Shown here: positions 9,045 to 17,055 of the stretch, one piece after another | Layout: each line of letters opens with the position of its first letter | How positions within the stretch are numbered: the stretch's first letter is position 1 | DNA from: a virus | Lineage: Duplodnaviria > Caudoviricetes | Reading direction: 5' to 3' (one strand) | Virus record (IMG/VR): IMGVR_UViG_3300027855_000001 | Coordinates: 1 to 51,863 of that record | Length of the DNA: 51,863 nucleotides | Notes under the pieces: generated by a model | Seen by the model: the letters and a program-made list of their open reading frames with translations, nothing else | Database searches by the model: none | What the model was told of the DNA's origin: nothing | Position numbers and translations under genes: made by a program

Positions 9045-9281
9045 ATGAATATATTAGAACTCAACGCCACTGCCGATGCCCTCCTCGGCCTGATCAAATC
9101 CTCCACCGACTCCCCTCGGGACGGCATCGCCATTCTCGGCCTCGCCCTTTGCAAGCTCTACGACGACGCCTGCGGGGACCCCGAGGCCCTCCCCTTCGCC
9201 ACCTTCGCTGGCGACTTCCATATGTCGCTCTTGGCGACCCATCGTGATGTCTCTTCCTCCGGCCCGGTGACGAGGCAATGA
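9045..9281 (+). CDS. Hypothetical protein
   Basis: GGAG RBS; DAL..SP.DG motif shared with the next gene product. Confidence 0.65.
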   Translation: MNILELNATADALLGLIKSSTDSPRDGIAILGLALCKLYDDACGDPEALPFATFAGDFHMSLLATHRDVSSSGPVTRQ

Positions 9282-9493
9282 TGGAATTAGACGAAGTCAA
9301 GAAGGCCTCAGATGCCTTATGCCTGTGGTTTGTTTCGCAAGAGATATCGCCAGCAGATGGTGGGCATATTATGATTTATCTTATGGCTACACAGCTTGTC
9401 GCAAAATCTCGAGAAGTGAACGATTTGCAAAAAGGTATTAATTGCATGAGAGACCTTCTCACACTTGAAGTTGCTGAGTGTCTTCATGACTAA
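9278..9493 (+). CDS. Hypothetical protein
   Basis: ATGA overlap. Confidence 0.65.
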   Translation: MMELDEVKKASDALCLWFVSQEISPADGGHIMIYLMATQLVAKSREVNDLQKGINCMRDLLTLEVAECLHD

Positions 9494-10934
9494 ACTCGCC
9501 CGCGTCCAACCCTCCCTCCCACTCACGCCCCCGCCCACCGAAGAGCAATCCCACATCCTCTCCCTCGTCACTCTCACCACCTCCAACCTCATCATCAACG
9601 CCCTTGCAGGGAGCGGGAAGACGACAACCTTGGAGATGATACAAGATGCGCTGGCTCCTCCTGTATTGTGTCTTGCTTTTAATAAGCGGATCGCAGATGT
9701 TATGGTCAAACGTTTTAAAACCACAACCACTGTTAGAACTTTCAATGGCCTTGGTCATCGTATCTGGAGTGCTACTTGCGCCGGCCGCTTATCTCTCGAC
9801 CCACGCAAAGTCCCCGACCTCCTCCGAGAAGTCATAAGAGGCTTAGTCAAGAGCGAGCAAGGTGAAGCGCGGGAAGTCTTTTGGGATGTAATCGCTGCTG
9901 TTGGATTAGCAAAGTCACTCGGCTATGTTCCAGAGGGAAAGTATCCAAATGCCAAACGCCTCATCGAAGCAGACAGCTTCTACGCGCACCTTACAGAGGA
10001 CATCGGAGAAATTGGTCCCTACCTCGTCGAAGCCACGCTCACCGCGTCGATCAAATCCGCCTACGCCGGCCTCATCGACTATAACGATCAGGTATATATG
10101 CCCGCACTGTTCGGTGGTACATACCCGAAGTTTCCGACTATCCTCGTCGACGAAGCGCAAGACCTTTCCCCCGTCAATCATCAAATGCTCAGTCACCTTT
10201 CAAAAAGTCGGCTTATTGCAGTTGGGGACGAAAATCAATCAATTTACAGATTTCGGGGCGCAACCACCAACGGAATGAGCAAGCTCCGGGAGCGGTTCAA
10301 GATGGATACTGCGGAACTAACCGTCTCATTCCGCTGTCCAGAGGCCATTGTCAAGGCAGTCCACTGGCGCTGCCCACAAATGAAGTGGATCAAAGGAGGG
10401 GGTCGTGTCGCGGCTCTTCGCAATCCTACACTCAATAGCTTTACCGATGGCTCTGTTATCATCTGTCGGAATAATGCTCCTCTCTTTGCCCTGGCCCTTC
10501 GCCTCTTGGCTGCGGGGCGGAGCGTTAGCGTTGCTGGGAGCGACGTGGGCCCTCGCGTTATTGGGATCATGCGGCGATTAGGGCCAGACAACCTCACAAG
10601 GCAAGGACTCTATGAAGACATCGAAGCGTGGAAAGCTGAGAAACTCTCGAAGGGAAGTAATACGGCAGAAGATATTGCGGGATGTATGCGAGTCTTTGCT
10701 GACCACGGTGCCACTCTGGGACAAGCAGTGGCGTTCGCTGAGCACTTATTTCGACAGCAGGGAAGCATTCAGTTACTCACAGGTCATAAGGCGAAAGGGC
10801 TGGAGTGGCCTGTTGTCTATCACCTGGACCCCTTCCTCCTCCGCCCCGACGAGCAAGACCTGAACCTCCGCTACGTCATCACCACCAGAGCGATGGAAAC
10901 TTATTACGAGATCAACACAGCGGATATTAAATAG
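9486..10934 (+). CDS. Superfamily 1 (UvrD/Rep-like) DNA helicase
   Basis: AGSGKTT, LAFNK, DEAQD, VGDENQSIYRFRGA, SFRCP, TGHKAKGLEW, YVITTRA. Confidence 0.92.
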   Translation: MTKLARVQPSLPLTPPPTEEQSHILSLVTLTTSNLIINALAGSGKTTTLEMIQDALAPPVLCLAFNKRIADVMVKRFKTTTTVRTFNGLGHRIWSATCAGRLSLDPRKVPDLLREVIRGLVKSEQGEAREVFWDVIAAVGLAKSLGYVPEGKYPNAKRLIEADSFYAHLTEDIGEIGPYLVEATLTASIKSAYAGLIDYNDQVYMPALFGGTYPKFPTILVDEAQDLSPVNHQMLSHLSKSRLIAVGDENQSIYRFRGATTNGMSKLRERFKMDTAELTVSFRCPEAIVKAVHWRCPQMKWIKGGGRVAALRNPTLNSFTDGSVIICRNNAPLFALALRLLAAGRSVSVAGSDVGPRVIGIMRRLGPDNLTRQGLYEDIEAWKAEKLSKGSNTAEDIAGCMRVFADHGATLGQAVAFAEHLFRQQGSIQLLTGHKAKGLEWPVVYHLDPFLLRPDEQDLNLRYVITTRAMETYYEINTADIK

Positions 10935-10938
10935 TTCC

Positions 10939-11193
10939 GTGAAATATAAGATCAGTGGGATTAGACGTAATGGATTTAGGGCTGATGATACACATTTCAT
11001 CTGTGATCAGCTTAGAGCAATACGTATTAAACAACAGCTATCTTTAGAGGAGTTGTCTGGAATGGTAGGTACTAAGCTGCAACTCATTTCAAATTGGGAA
11101 AGGGGAAAGACTTCTCCTACACTTAGAAATTTAGACCGTTGGTGTGAGGCTCTTGGTCAAAGCTTAATAATTGAAGAGGTAAAAGTTCAATGA
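10939..11193 (+). CDS. XRE-family HTH regulator
   Basis: LRAIRIKQQLSLEELS...ISNWERGKTSPTL; AT-rich. Confidence 0.85.
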   Translation: MKYKISGIRRNGFRADDTHFICDQLRAIRIKQQLSLEELSGMVGTKLQLISNWERGKTSPTLRNLDRWCEALGQSLIIEEVKVQ

Positions 11194-11579
11194 CCGTCTC
11201 CACCTCCCGCGCCGCCTACGAAGACTGCTTCCACCTCCTCGACCGGGCGATGGACTCCCCTGCCGGCATCCGTCATTCCTGCCCCACCTCAGGCGCCGCC
11301 CATCACCTCCGCGTCCGGCTCAACTACGCCCGCGTGCTTTCCCGCAACGAACGCTCCGCCCTCCTCGACAACGACCATAAGCTCGGCACTTCCCCTTACG
11401 ACGGCCTAATCCTCCGCGTCGTTCCCGCCCCCGATCGCTGGTGGGTCTACATCGAGCCCCGCAAGCTCCCTGGGGAAACTGAAGAGCTTGCCCCGATCGA
11501 GAGCTATGAAAACATCCACGACCTTTCCCCGATCAACAACTATTCGGAGAATGGGGTCAGGCGGAGGCGCATTCCATGA
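11190..11579 (+). CDS. Hypothetical protein
   Basis: ATGA overlap; ends VRRRRIP. Confidence 0.75.
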   Translation: MTVSTSRAAYEDCFHLLDRAMDSPAGIRHSCPTSGAAHHLRVRLNYARVLSRNERSALLDNDHKLGTSPYDGLILRVVPAPDRWWVYIEPRKLPGETEELAPIESYENIHDLSPINNYSENGVRRRRIP

Positions 11580-11803
11580 GCAAAATAGGCAAGCCATCCA
11601 AACTCTCCCCTGCCGACCATGCCGAAATCATCCGCCGCTGCGAACTCGCCCGCGCCAACTCCTCCAAGCTGATCGGTGCCGACTTTGGCATCTCCCGCGC
11701 TTGGGTCAATCGCATCTACAATGAGAGGCCACGGAATGCCAACCCCTCCCCTCGAAGAGCCCCACAAGAAGGTGACGTTAAACATCTGGGCAAAGGATTA
11801 TGA
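11576..11803 (+). CDS. Small HTH-like protein
   Basis: KLSPADHAEIIRR...LIGADFGISRAWVNRI. Confidence 0.55.
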   Translation: MSKIGKPSKLSPADHAEIIRRCELARANSSKLIGADFGISRAWVNRIYNERPRNANPSPRRAPQEGDVKHLGKGL

Positions 11804-11900
11804 ATACCTAAAAGCCAACTACGAACGCTGGTCCGAAAAGGTCCGTGACCTCGTGCATGAGTTCGTCAGGAGCAAGAATAGGATGTTCAAAGATGACTGA
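11736..11900 (+). CDS. Ribbon-helix-helix-like DNA-binding protein
   Basis: KKVTLNI beta strand followed by DYEYLK and SEKVRDLVHEFV helices. Confidence 0.55.
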   Translation: MPTPPLEEPHKKVTLNIWAKDYEYLKANYERWSEKVRDLVHEFVRSKNRMFKDD

Positions 11901-12054
11901 GGAGCAATGGCAAGTGGCGCTGAGACTACTATATCAAGCAGAAAACGAAATCATTACTTGGAATTCAATGGCTTTAGGTAGTTATTACTATGGTAATGAA
12001 GTAGCTGATAGAATTTGCGCTTTCCTTAAAGAATTGGAGAGAGTGAATGGCTGA
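11893..12054 (+). CDS. Hypothetical protein (MTEEQWQVAL...)
   Basis: Overlapping gene chain; AT-rich. Confidence 0.5.
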   Translation: MTEEQWQVALRLLYQAENEIITWNSMALGSYYYGNEVADRICAFLKELERVNG

Positions 12055-12295
12055 AGAGCCTGATAAGGACCCCCGCTTTCCCGGCACTGGCAACTACCTC
12101 GACTGGCTCATGTCGATGGACCCGCTCGAACTTTCCGCCCGGAACATCGACGAAGTCATCGCCTACCACCGCCGCAACCGCCAACTCGTCGATGCCGGCG
12201 TCAAGCCGAAGAAGAACGAGGGGCCCAAGGTTGATCTTGAAAAGATCGGCCTCGCTGCGCCCAAGCAGGTGGTGAAGAGGAGAACGATACCGTGA
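12047..12295 (+). CDS. Hypothetical protein
   Basis: GGAGAG RBS; ends VVKRRTIP. Confidence 0.75.
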   Translation: MAEEPDKDPRFPGTGNYLDWLMSMDPLELSARNIDEVIAYHRRNRQLVDAGVKPKKNEGPKVDLEKIGLAAPKQVVKRRTIP

Positions 12296-12480
12296 CCAAT
12301 GGGATACAAGTCTTAGTTCTACTAACTCATAAAGACCGAGTGTTAGCTTGTAGTACATTTGAGGAATTTAAGGCCCAGCAAATTAGACTCCTTGACTATA
12401 TGATAGAGGCGTTCGAGGCAAAGGATAGGGCTATCGCTGCCGCAGACAAGTTTTTATCTGATGAGACGAGTGAAGCATGA
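12292..12480 (+). CDS. Hypothetical protein
   Basis: GTGA/ATGA overlaps. Confidence 0.6.
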   Translation: MTNGIQVLVLLTHKDRVLACSTFEEFKAQQIRLLDYMIEAFEAKDRAIAAADKFLSDETSEA

Positions 12481-13484
12481 CCGACGAAGTCCAATCCCCC
12501 TTCCTCCCCGGCACCAACATCCAAGTGGCTTGGGATAGTACAAGCCTTGGATGGCTCAAGGTCTGCCCGCGGTTATACTATTATCAGATGATCGAAGGCT
12601 GGGCCTCCAACGAAGAGTCCGTCCACCTCCGTTTCGGTCAGGAGTATCACCATGCGCTTCAGGATTACGACGTGTTGCGAGCAGCGGGTATTCGGCATAA
12701 TGACGCGGTCCACGACACGGTTCGAGAATTACTTATACGAACTGCCGACTTTGATCCCGACCATAAGACCAAGACCCGTAGTGGTCTGGTACGGACGGTT
12801 ATTTGGTATTTGGATCAGTTTAGGAACGAGAATACCAAGACCCACATCCTTGCCGACGGAAAGCCAGCGGTCGAATTGAGCTTTCGATTTGAGTTGGATT
12901 GGGGGCCGGCGAGTGCTAAAGAACAAACTTGGATTGACGAGGATAGTGGTATTACAGGTAACAAATACAAGCAAACCCAGCCTTACATCCTCTCCGGCCA
13001 CCTCGACCGGGTTATAGACTTAAACGGTGACCTCTTCGTCATGGACCGCAAAACCACCACCGCTGCGCCCAGCAGCTGGTTCTTCTCCCAATTCGAGCCC
13101 GACAATCAAATGTCCCTCTACTCCTTCGCAGGGCAGGTCGTTATGGGGACCCCCGTTCGGGGCGTCATCATCGACGCGGCCCAAATCCTTGAAGACGAAA
13201 GCCGCTTCGGCCGAGGGTTCACCTACCGCACCCCAGCGCAAACCGCCGAATGGCTCACCGACCTCCGCTATTGGCTCACCCTCGCAGAGCAATACGCCGT
13301 CAACAACTACTGGCCGATGAATGACAAGTCCTGTGGTCACTACCGTTCTGAGAAGGACGACCGAACCGGCTGCCCATTTCGAAGCATCTGTGGAAAGGAC
13401 TCGAGCGTGAGGGAGACTTTCTTGAAGATGCAGTTCACTAAGTTGGAGGAGAAGGACAGATGGAACCCACTCAAGGCGAGGTAG
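12477..13484 (+). CDS. Cas4/RecB-like PD-(D/E)XK exonuclease, probable Fe-S cluster
   Basis: N-terminal CPR, FG.EYH, GHLDRVI...MDRKTT, QMSLY, C-terminal C...CPFRSIC. Confidence 0.85.
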   Translation: MTDEVQSPFLPGTNIQVAWDSTSLGWLKVCPRLYYYQMIEGWASNEESVHLRFGQEYHHALQDYDVLRAAGIRHNDAVHDTVRELLIRTADFDPDHKTKTRSGLVRTVIWYLDQFRNENTKTHILADGKPAVELSFRFELDWGPASAKEQTWIDEDSGITGNKYKQTQPYILSGHLDRVIDLNGDLFVMDRKTTTAAPSSWFFSQFEPDNQMSLYSFAGQVVMGTPVRGVIIDAAQILEDESRFGRGFTYRTPAQTAEWLTDLRYWLTLAEQYAVNNYWPMNDKSCGHYRSEKDDRTGCPFRSICGKDSSVRETFLKMQFTKLEEKDRWNPLKAR

Positions 13485-13602
13485 ATGCCAAAGTCGCCGC
13501 GAAAGCTCGTGAGTATTGCGAAGCGTGCAGAGACTTTTACTACACTCGCAAGGACGATGACAAGAAGAAAATGCTTACCGTGCAACAGGAATTGTTTGCC
13601 CT

Positions 13603-13812
13603 ATGCCCCAGATGAGATACCAAATTATCCTAGGCAAATTCTGTGTCACTCGCGTGATCGATCGAGGCGCGTTGCTTGAGTTCAACATCGAACTTCCTGG
13701 CCTCGGCCAATTGATTTGCTCTGGTCCGAAGGCGGACGTTCGTGAAGGCGATCTACTCACACTTTACACAGAGATACTTACAAATGCCAAAGTTCCGAAA
13801 GAAGCCTGTTGA
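13603..13812 (+). CDS. Hypothetical protein
   Basis: 69-aa ORF in the operon. Confidence 0.5.
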   Translation: MPQMRYQIILGKFCVTRVIDRGALLEFNIELPGLGQLICSGPKADVREGDLLTLYTEILTNAKVPKEAC

Positions 13813-14041
13813 GATTGAAGCTTGGAGGATACCAATGGACGATGCAGTCACTCGTGTATTTGACGGCGACTCCAACATCATCTTCAAACGTGACGGCAAC
13901 ACCATTGTCGAGGCAATTATCTCTACCCTCGAAGGTACAATGGTAGCCAGTTACGGCGACTGGATTATCCGTGGAGTCAAAGGCGAACTCTACCCATGCA
14001 AACCTGACATATTCGAAGTAACATATGAGAGGGTCGAATGA
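13784..14041 (+). CDS. Conserved small phage protein
   Basis: KFRKKPVEIEA...TLEG.M....GDWIIRGVKGELYPCKPDIFE.TYE pattern. Confidence 0.8.
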   Translation: MPKFRKKPVEIEAWRIPMDDAVTRVFDGDSNIIFKRDGNTIVEAIISTLEGTMVASYGDWIIRGVKGELYPCKPDIFEVTYERVE

Positions 14042-14856
14042 CTAGTCTAGCTAATCACCAATCCAACCAATATACAAAATTATGCTGTATGGGCAACCCC
14101 GGCACAGGCAAAACCGGCGGCCTCACTTCCCTCGTCGCGGCGGGGTATAAGCTTCGTATCCTCGATCTTGACAATGGGCTCGACTCGCTCAAGAACTATG
14201 TCCTGAAGGAGTGCCCCGACAAAATCTCCAACATCGAATACCGCACCCTCCGTGACAACCGCAAAGCCACCGCCTCTGGCCCTGCCATGGATGGGGCGCC
14301 CAAGGCCTTCATCGACACTCTTAAGATGATGGACCGCTGGAAGTACGACGGCATCGACCTCGGCCGCCCGGCCGAGTGGGGTCCTGACTGCATCCTCGTC
14401 GTCGACACTCTCACCTTCCTCTCCGACGCGGCTTGGAATTTCTACGACTCCATCAATGCCAACCCAGACAAACGCTCAACCTTCTTCGAAGCTCAGAAGG
14501 GCATCCTCGCCGTCCTCGCCCAGCTCAACTCCGATAACTTCGAAACCAACGTCATCCTCAATTCCCACATCGTCTTCGTGGATACTGATGAGGGCAAAAC
14601 CAAGGGCTTCCCCTCAACAGTAGGTAAGGCAATCGCCTCCAAGGTGAACGCCTACTTCAACACCGTAGCCCTTTTCGAAACCATCCAAGGAGGAGAACGA
14701 CGGATAAAGACCGTCCCAACGCGAACCATTGACCTCAAGAACCCCCGTCCCTTCGACATGGCAAAGGAGTACCCCATCGAAACAGGCCTAGCCGATATCT
14801 TCGCGGTCCTACGAGCACAACCCAAAGTCACACCCATCAAACGGAAAGCATCATAA
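14038..14856 (+). CDS. AAA_24/Sak4-like P-loop ATPase (recombination)
   Basis: GNPGTGKT, ILDLDNG, LVVDTLT; lies between exonuclease and SSB-like genes. Confidence 0.8.
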   Translation: MTSLANHQSNQYTKLCCMGNPGTGKTGGLTSLVAAGYKLRILDLDNGLDSLKNYVLKECPDKISNIEYRTLRDNRKATASGPAMDGAPKAFIDTLKMMDRWKYDGIDLGRPAEWGPDCILVVDTLTFLSDAAWNFYDSINANPDKRSTFFEAQKGILAVLAQLNSDNFETNVILNSHIVFVDTDEGKTKGFPSTVGKAIASKVNAYFNTVALFETIQGGERRIKTVPTRTIDLKNPRPFDMAKEYPIETGLADIFAVLRAQPKVTPIKRKAS

Positions 14857-14859
14857 CAC

Positions 14860-15363
14860 ATGGCAAAGCAAGCAACCGCCCTCGCACCCCGCACCTCCGC
14901 TTCCTCCTTCTCCGACATCCTCAACACCCGAGCCTCCGATGTCGAACGCCCCGCTGCTATGCCAGTCGGCGATTACGTCGTCGTCGTAACTGGCCAACCC
15001 AGGCAGGATAAATCGACAAAGAAGCAAACCCCTTTCGTTGAATTCACCTACAAAATCCTCGAAGCGATGGAGTCCGTCGACTCCGACCAACTCGACGAAT
15101 GGCTGACGAACAAGAAAGGCGAGAAGAAAAAGCTGACCGAAGTCACCATCAAAGACACCTACTACCTCACCGAGAACTCCCTCTGGCGTCTGACCGATAT
15201 GCTCAAGGCTTGTGGCCTCGACACTGAGAGCGATATGTCCCTGGGCCAGCTAATCGAAGAGGCCCCAGGCAACCAGCTGATCGTCACCATGCGCCACGAG
15301 TCCTTCCAAGACGGCTCTGGCGTCTCCGCGAAGGTTGGTAGCGTAGCGGCGGTGGAGGAGTAA
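14860..15363 (+). CDS. SSB-like OB-fold protein (DUF669-like)
   Basis: P.GDYVVVV..., YYLTENSLWRL..MLKACG; position after the Sak4-like gene. Confidence 0.65.
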   Translation: MAKQATALAPRTSASSFSDILNTRASDVERPAAMPVGDYVVVVTGQPRQDKSTKKQTPFVEFTYKILEAMESVDSDQLDEWLTNKKGEKKKLTEVTIKDTYYLTENSLWRLTDMLKACGLDTESDMSLGQLIEEAPGNQLIVTMRHESFQDGSGVSAKVGSVAAVEE

Positions 15364-15365
15364 CC

Positions 15366-15737
15366 ATGAAGTGCCCCCACTGTGGTTCAGATAGTACACA
15401 GTGGGGGCACCCACTTAAGACTGGACCCTTCGAATATGCCATTCCAAAAAGGATGTTAAATATGGCTGAAAGCCCCCGCGACCCGCTCCTCGTCGAACGT
15501 GAGAAGACGCATGGATCGTTCAAGAAGAATGCAGATTTAAGTCAGGCGATCAAGAAGATCATGCACGATCCATTTGGCGAGACAGTTCATCCATATGTTC
15601 TATCATCGGTGCACAAAGAAGCCCTCGACATGATCGCCCTTAAACTCTCCCGCATCCTTTCAGGCCAAGCTAATTTCCGCGACCACTGGGACGACATCGC
15701 CGGCTATGCCAAGCTTGGGGCGGAAGCCTGTGAGTAG
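15366..15737 (+). CDS. DUF6378-like protein
   Basis: ER..THG.F, EALDMIALKLSRIL.G, DHWDDIAGYA. Confidence 0.75.
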   Translation: MKCPHCGSDSTQWGHPLKTGPFEYAIPKRMLNMAESPRDPLLVEREKTHGSFKKNADLSQAIKKIMHDPFGETVHPYVLSSVHKEALDMIALKLSRILSGQANFRDHWDDIAGYAKLGAEACE

Positions 15738-15891
15738 AACAACACGAAGTCAAGACTTCTACCGCCTGCTTGAAGACTGGGAATACAATGTCATCGACGA
15801 CATAGATTTCCAAGTTCGTGCTATCGAAATGGGTATGCGTGCCGCGGATTTTGACAAGCTAATCAAATGGTTACTCGAAGATGAAAGCTAA
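15730..15891 (+). CDS. Hypothetical protein
   Basis: GTG start in an overlapping chain. Confidence 0.45.
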   Translation: MSRTTRSQDFYRLLEDWEYNVIDDIDFQVRAIEMGMRAADFDKLIKWLLEDES

Positions 15892-16900
15892 CATCGCCAT
15901 CGTCGGCGAAGCCTGGGGCGAAGCCGAAGAGAAAGCCTGCTCCCCCTTCGTCGGCTACTCCGGCCAAGAACTCACCCGCATGCTCGAAGACGCAGGCATC
16001 CACCGTGCCGACTGCTTCCTCACCAACGTCTTCAATCTCCATCCCCCCGGCAACCAAGTGGAGTTCTTCTGTGGAACAAAAGCCGAAGGCATCGCTGGTT
16101 ACCCGCCACTTACCAAAAGCAAATATTGCCGAACCGAGTTTATCCCTGAGCTTGAAAGACTTGGAGCAGAGCTTGCTGAAGTCAATCCAAATGTGGTCAT
16201 CGCGTTGGGCAATACTGCCAGTTGGGCTTTATTGGGTCGAACCGCAATTAGCAAGTATCGAGGGACTACGGAACTCTCAACCCACACAGCTACTGGTTAT
16301 AAAGTTCTCCCCACCTACCATCCCGCCGCCGTCTGCCGCCAATGGGAGCTCCGACCTACGACCGTAATGGACCTCATCAAGGCCGCCCGCGAGTCTGCCT
16401 TCCCCGAAATTCGCCGGCCCGCCGTCTCCGTCCATATTCCCGAAACCATCTCCGACCTAGAGGACTTCTATGCCCTACACATCCGAGGATGCCAATCGCT
16501 GGCTGTGGATATTGAAACAGCTGGAGTCCAGATCACCTGCATTGGGTTCGCACCTTCAACCGGAGATGCTCTCGTTATTCCAATCTTTGACCGACGAAGA
16601 AAGAACCGAAGCTATTGGCCTGATCAGCACAGTGAGGGACAAGCTTGGGGCTTTATACGCAAGCTACTCATGGATAGAGCTATCTCTAAAACCTTCCAGA
16701 ACGGTCTCTATGACATCGCCTTCCTCTGGAGAAGCTACGGGCTGAAGGTGATGAACGCCGAACATGACACCATGCTCCTCCACCACGCGCTCCAACCTGA
16801 GTCGCTCAAGGGCCTTGGCTATCTCGGTTCAATCTACACCGATCACGGCGCCTGGAAGCAGATGAGGGAGAAGGTGACAACGATTAAGAGGGATGAATGA
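15881..16900 (+). CDS. Family-4-like uracil-DNA glycosylase fused to the N-terminal part (ExoI/ExoII) of a PolA 3'-5' exonuclease
   Basis: IVGEAWG..E....PFVG.SG, TNV, PTYHPAAV; then AVDIET, FQNGLYDI, HDTMLL. Confidence 0.88.
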   Translation: MKANIAIVGEAWGEAEEKACSPFVGYSGQELTRMLEDAGIHRADCFLTNVFNLHPPGNQVEFFCGTKAEGIAGYPPLTKSKYCRTEFIPELERLGAELAEVNPNVVIALGNTASWALLGRTAISKYRGTTELSTHTATGYKVLPTYHPAAVCRQWELRPTTVMDLIKAARESAFPEIRRPAVSVHIPETISDLEDFYALHIRGCQSLAVDIETAGVQITCIGFAPSTGDALVIPIFDRRRKNRSYWPDQHSEGQAWGFIRKLLMDRAISKTFQNGLYDIAFLWRSYGLKVMNAEHDTMLLHHALQPESLKGLGYLGSIYTDHGAWKQMREKVTTIKRDE

Positions 16901-17055
16901 GCAAATGGTTCCTCGATCAACTTTGGAATGATAGTCGAGTTCGCTGTCCACATCATTGGGTGTGGTGGCATAAGGAGGAGTGGGGGTACTTTGAAGCACG
17001 TGAGATATATTGGTCTCAAGGACGCAAGTGGTCTCGACGGAACCAACGTCGATGA
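16897..17055 (+). CDS. 52-aa Trp-rich protein between the two polymerase halves; not in ORF track
   Basis: ATGA overlaps at both ends; MSKWFLDQLWNDSRVRCPHHWVWWHKEEWG... Confidence 0.6.
   Translation: MSKWFLDQLWNDSRVRCPHHWVWWHKEEWGYFEAREIYWSQGRKWSRRNQRR

Noticed and set aside
10939-11193. XRE gene as evidence of a lysogeny module
   Set aside because: No integrase, partition genes or divergent repressor arrangement; the gene lies inside the replication operon
12477-13484. Cas4-like gene as part of a CRISPR-Cas system
   Set aside because: No repeat-spacer array or other cas genes; the context is a phage recombination module
16900-17052. Intron or intein interrupting the polymerase
   Set aside because: The gap is only ~150 nt, is filled by a coupled ORF and lacks recognisable splicing motifs
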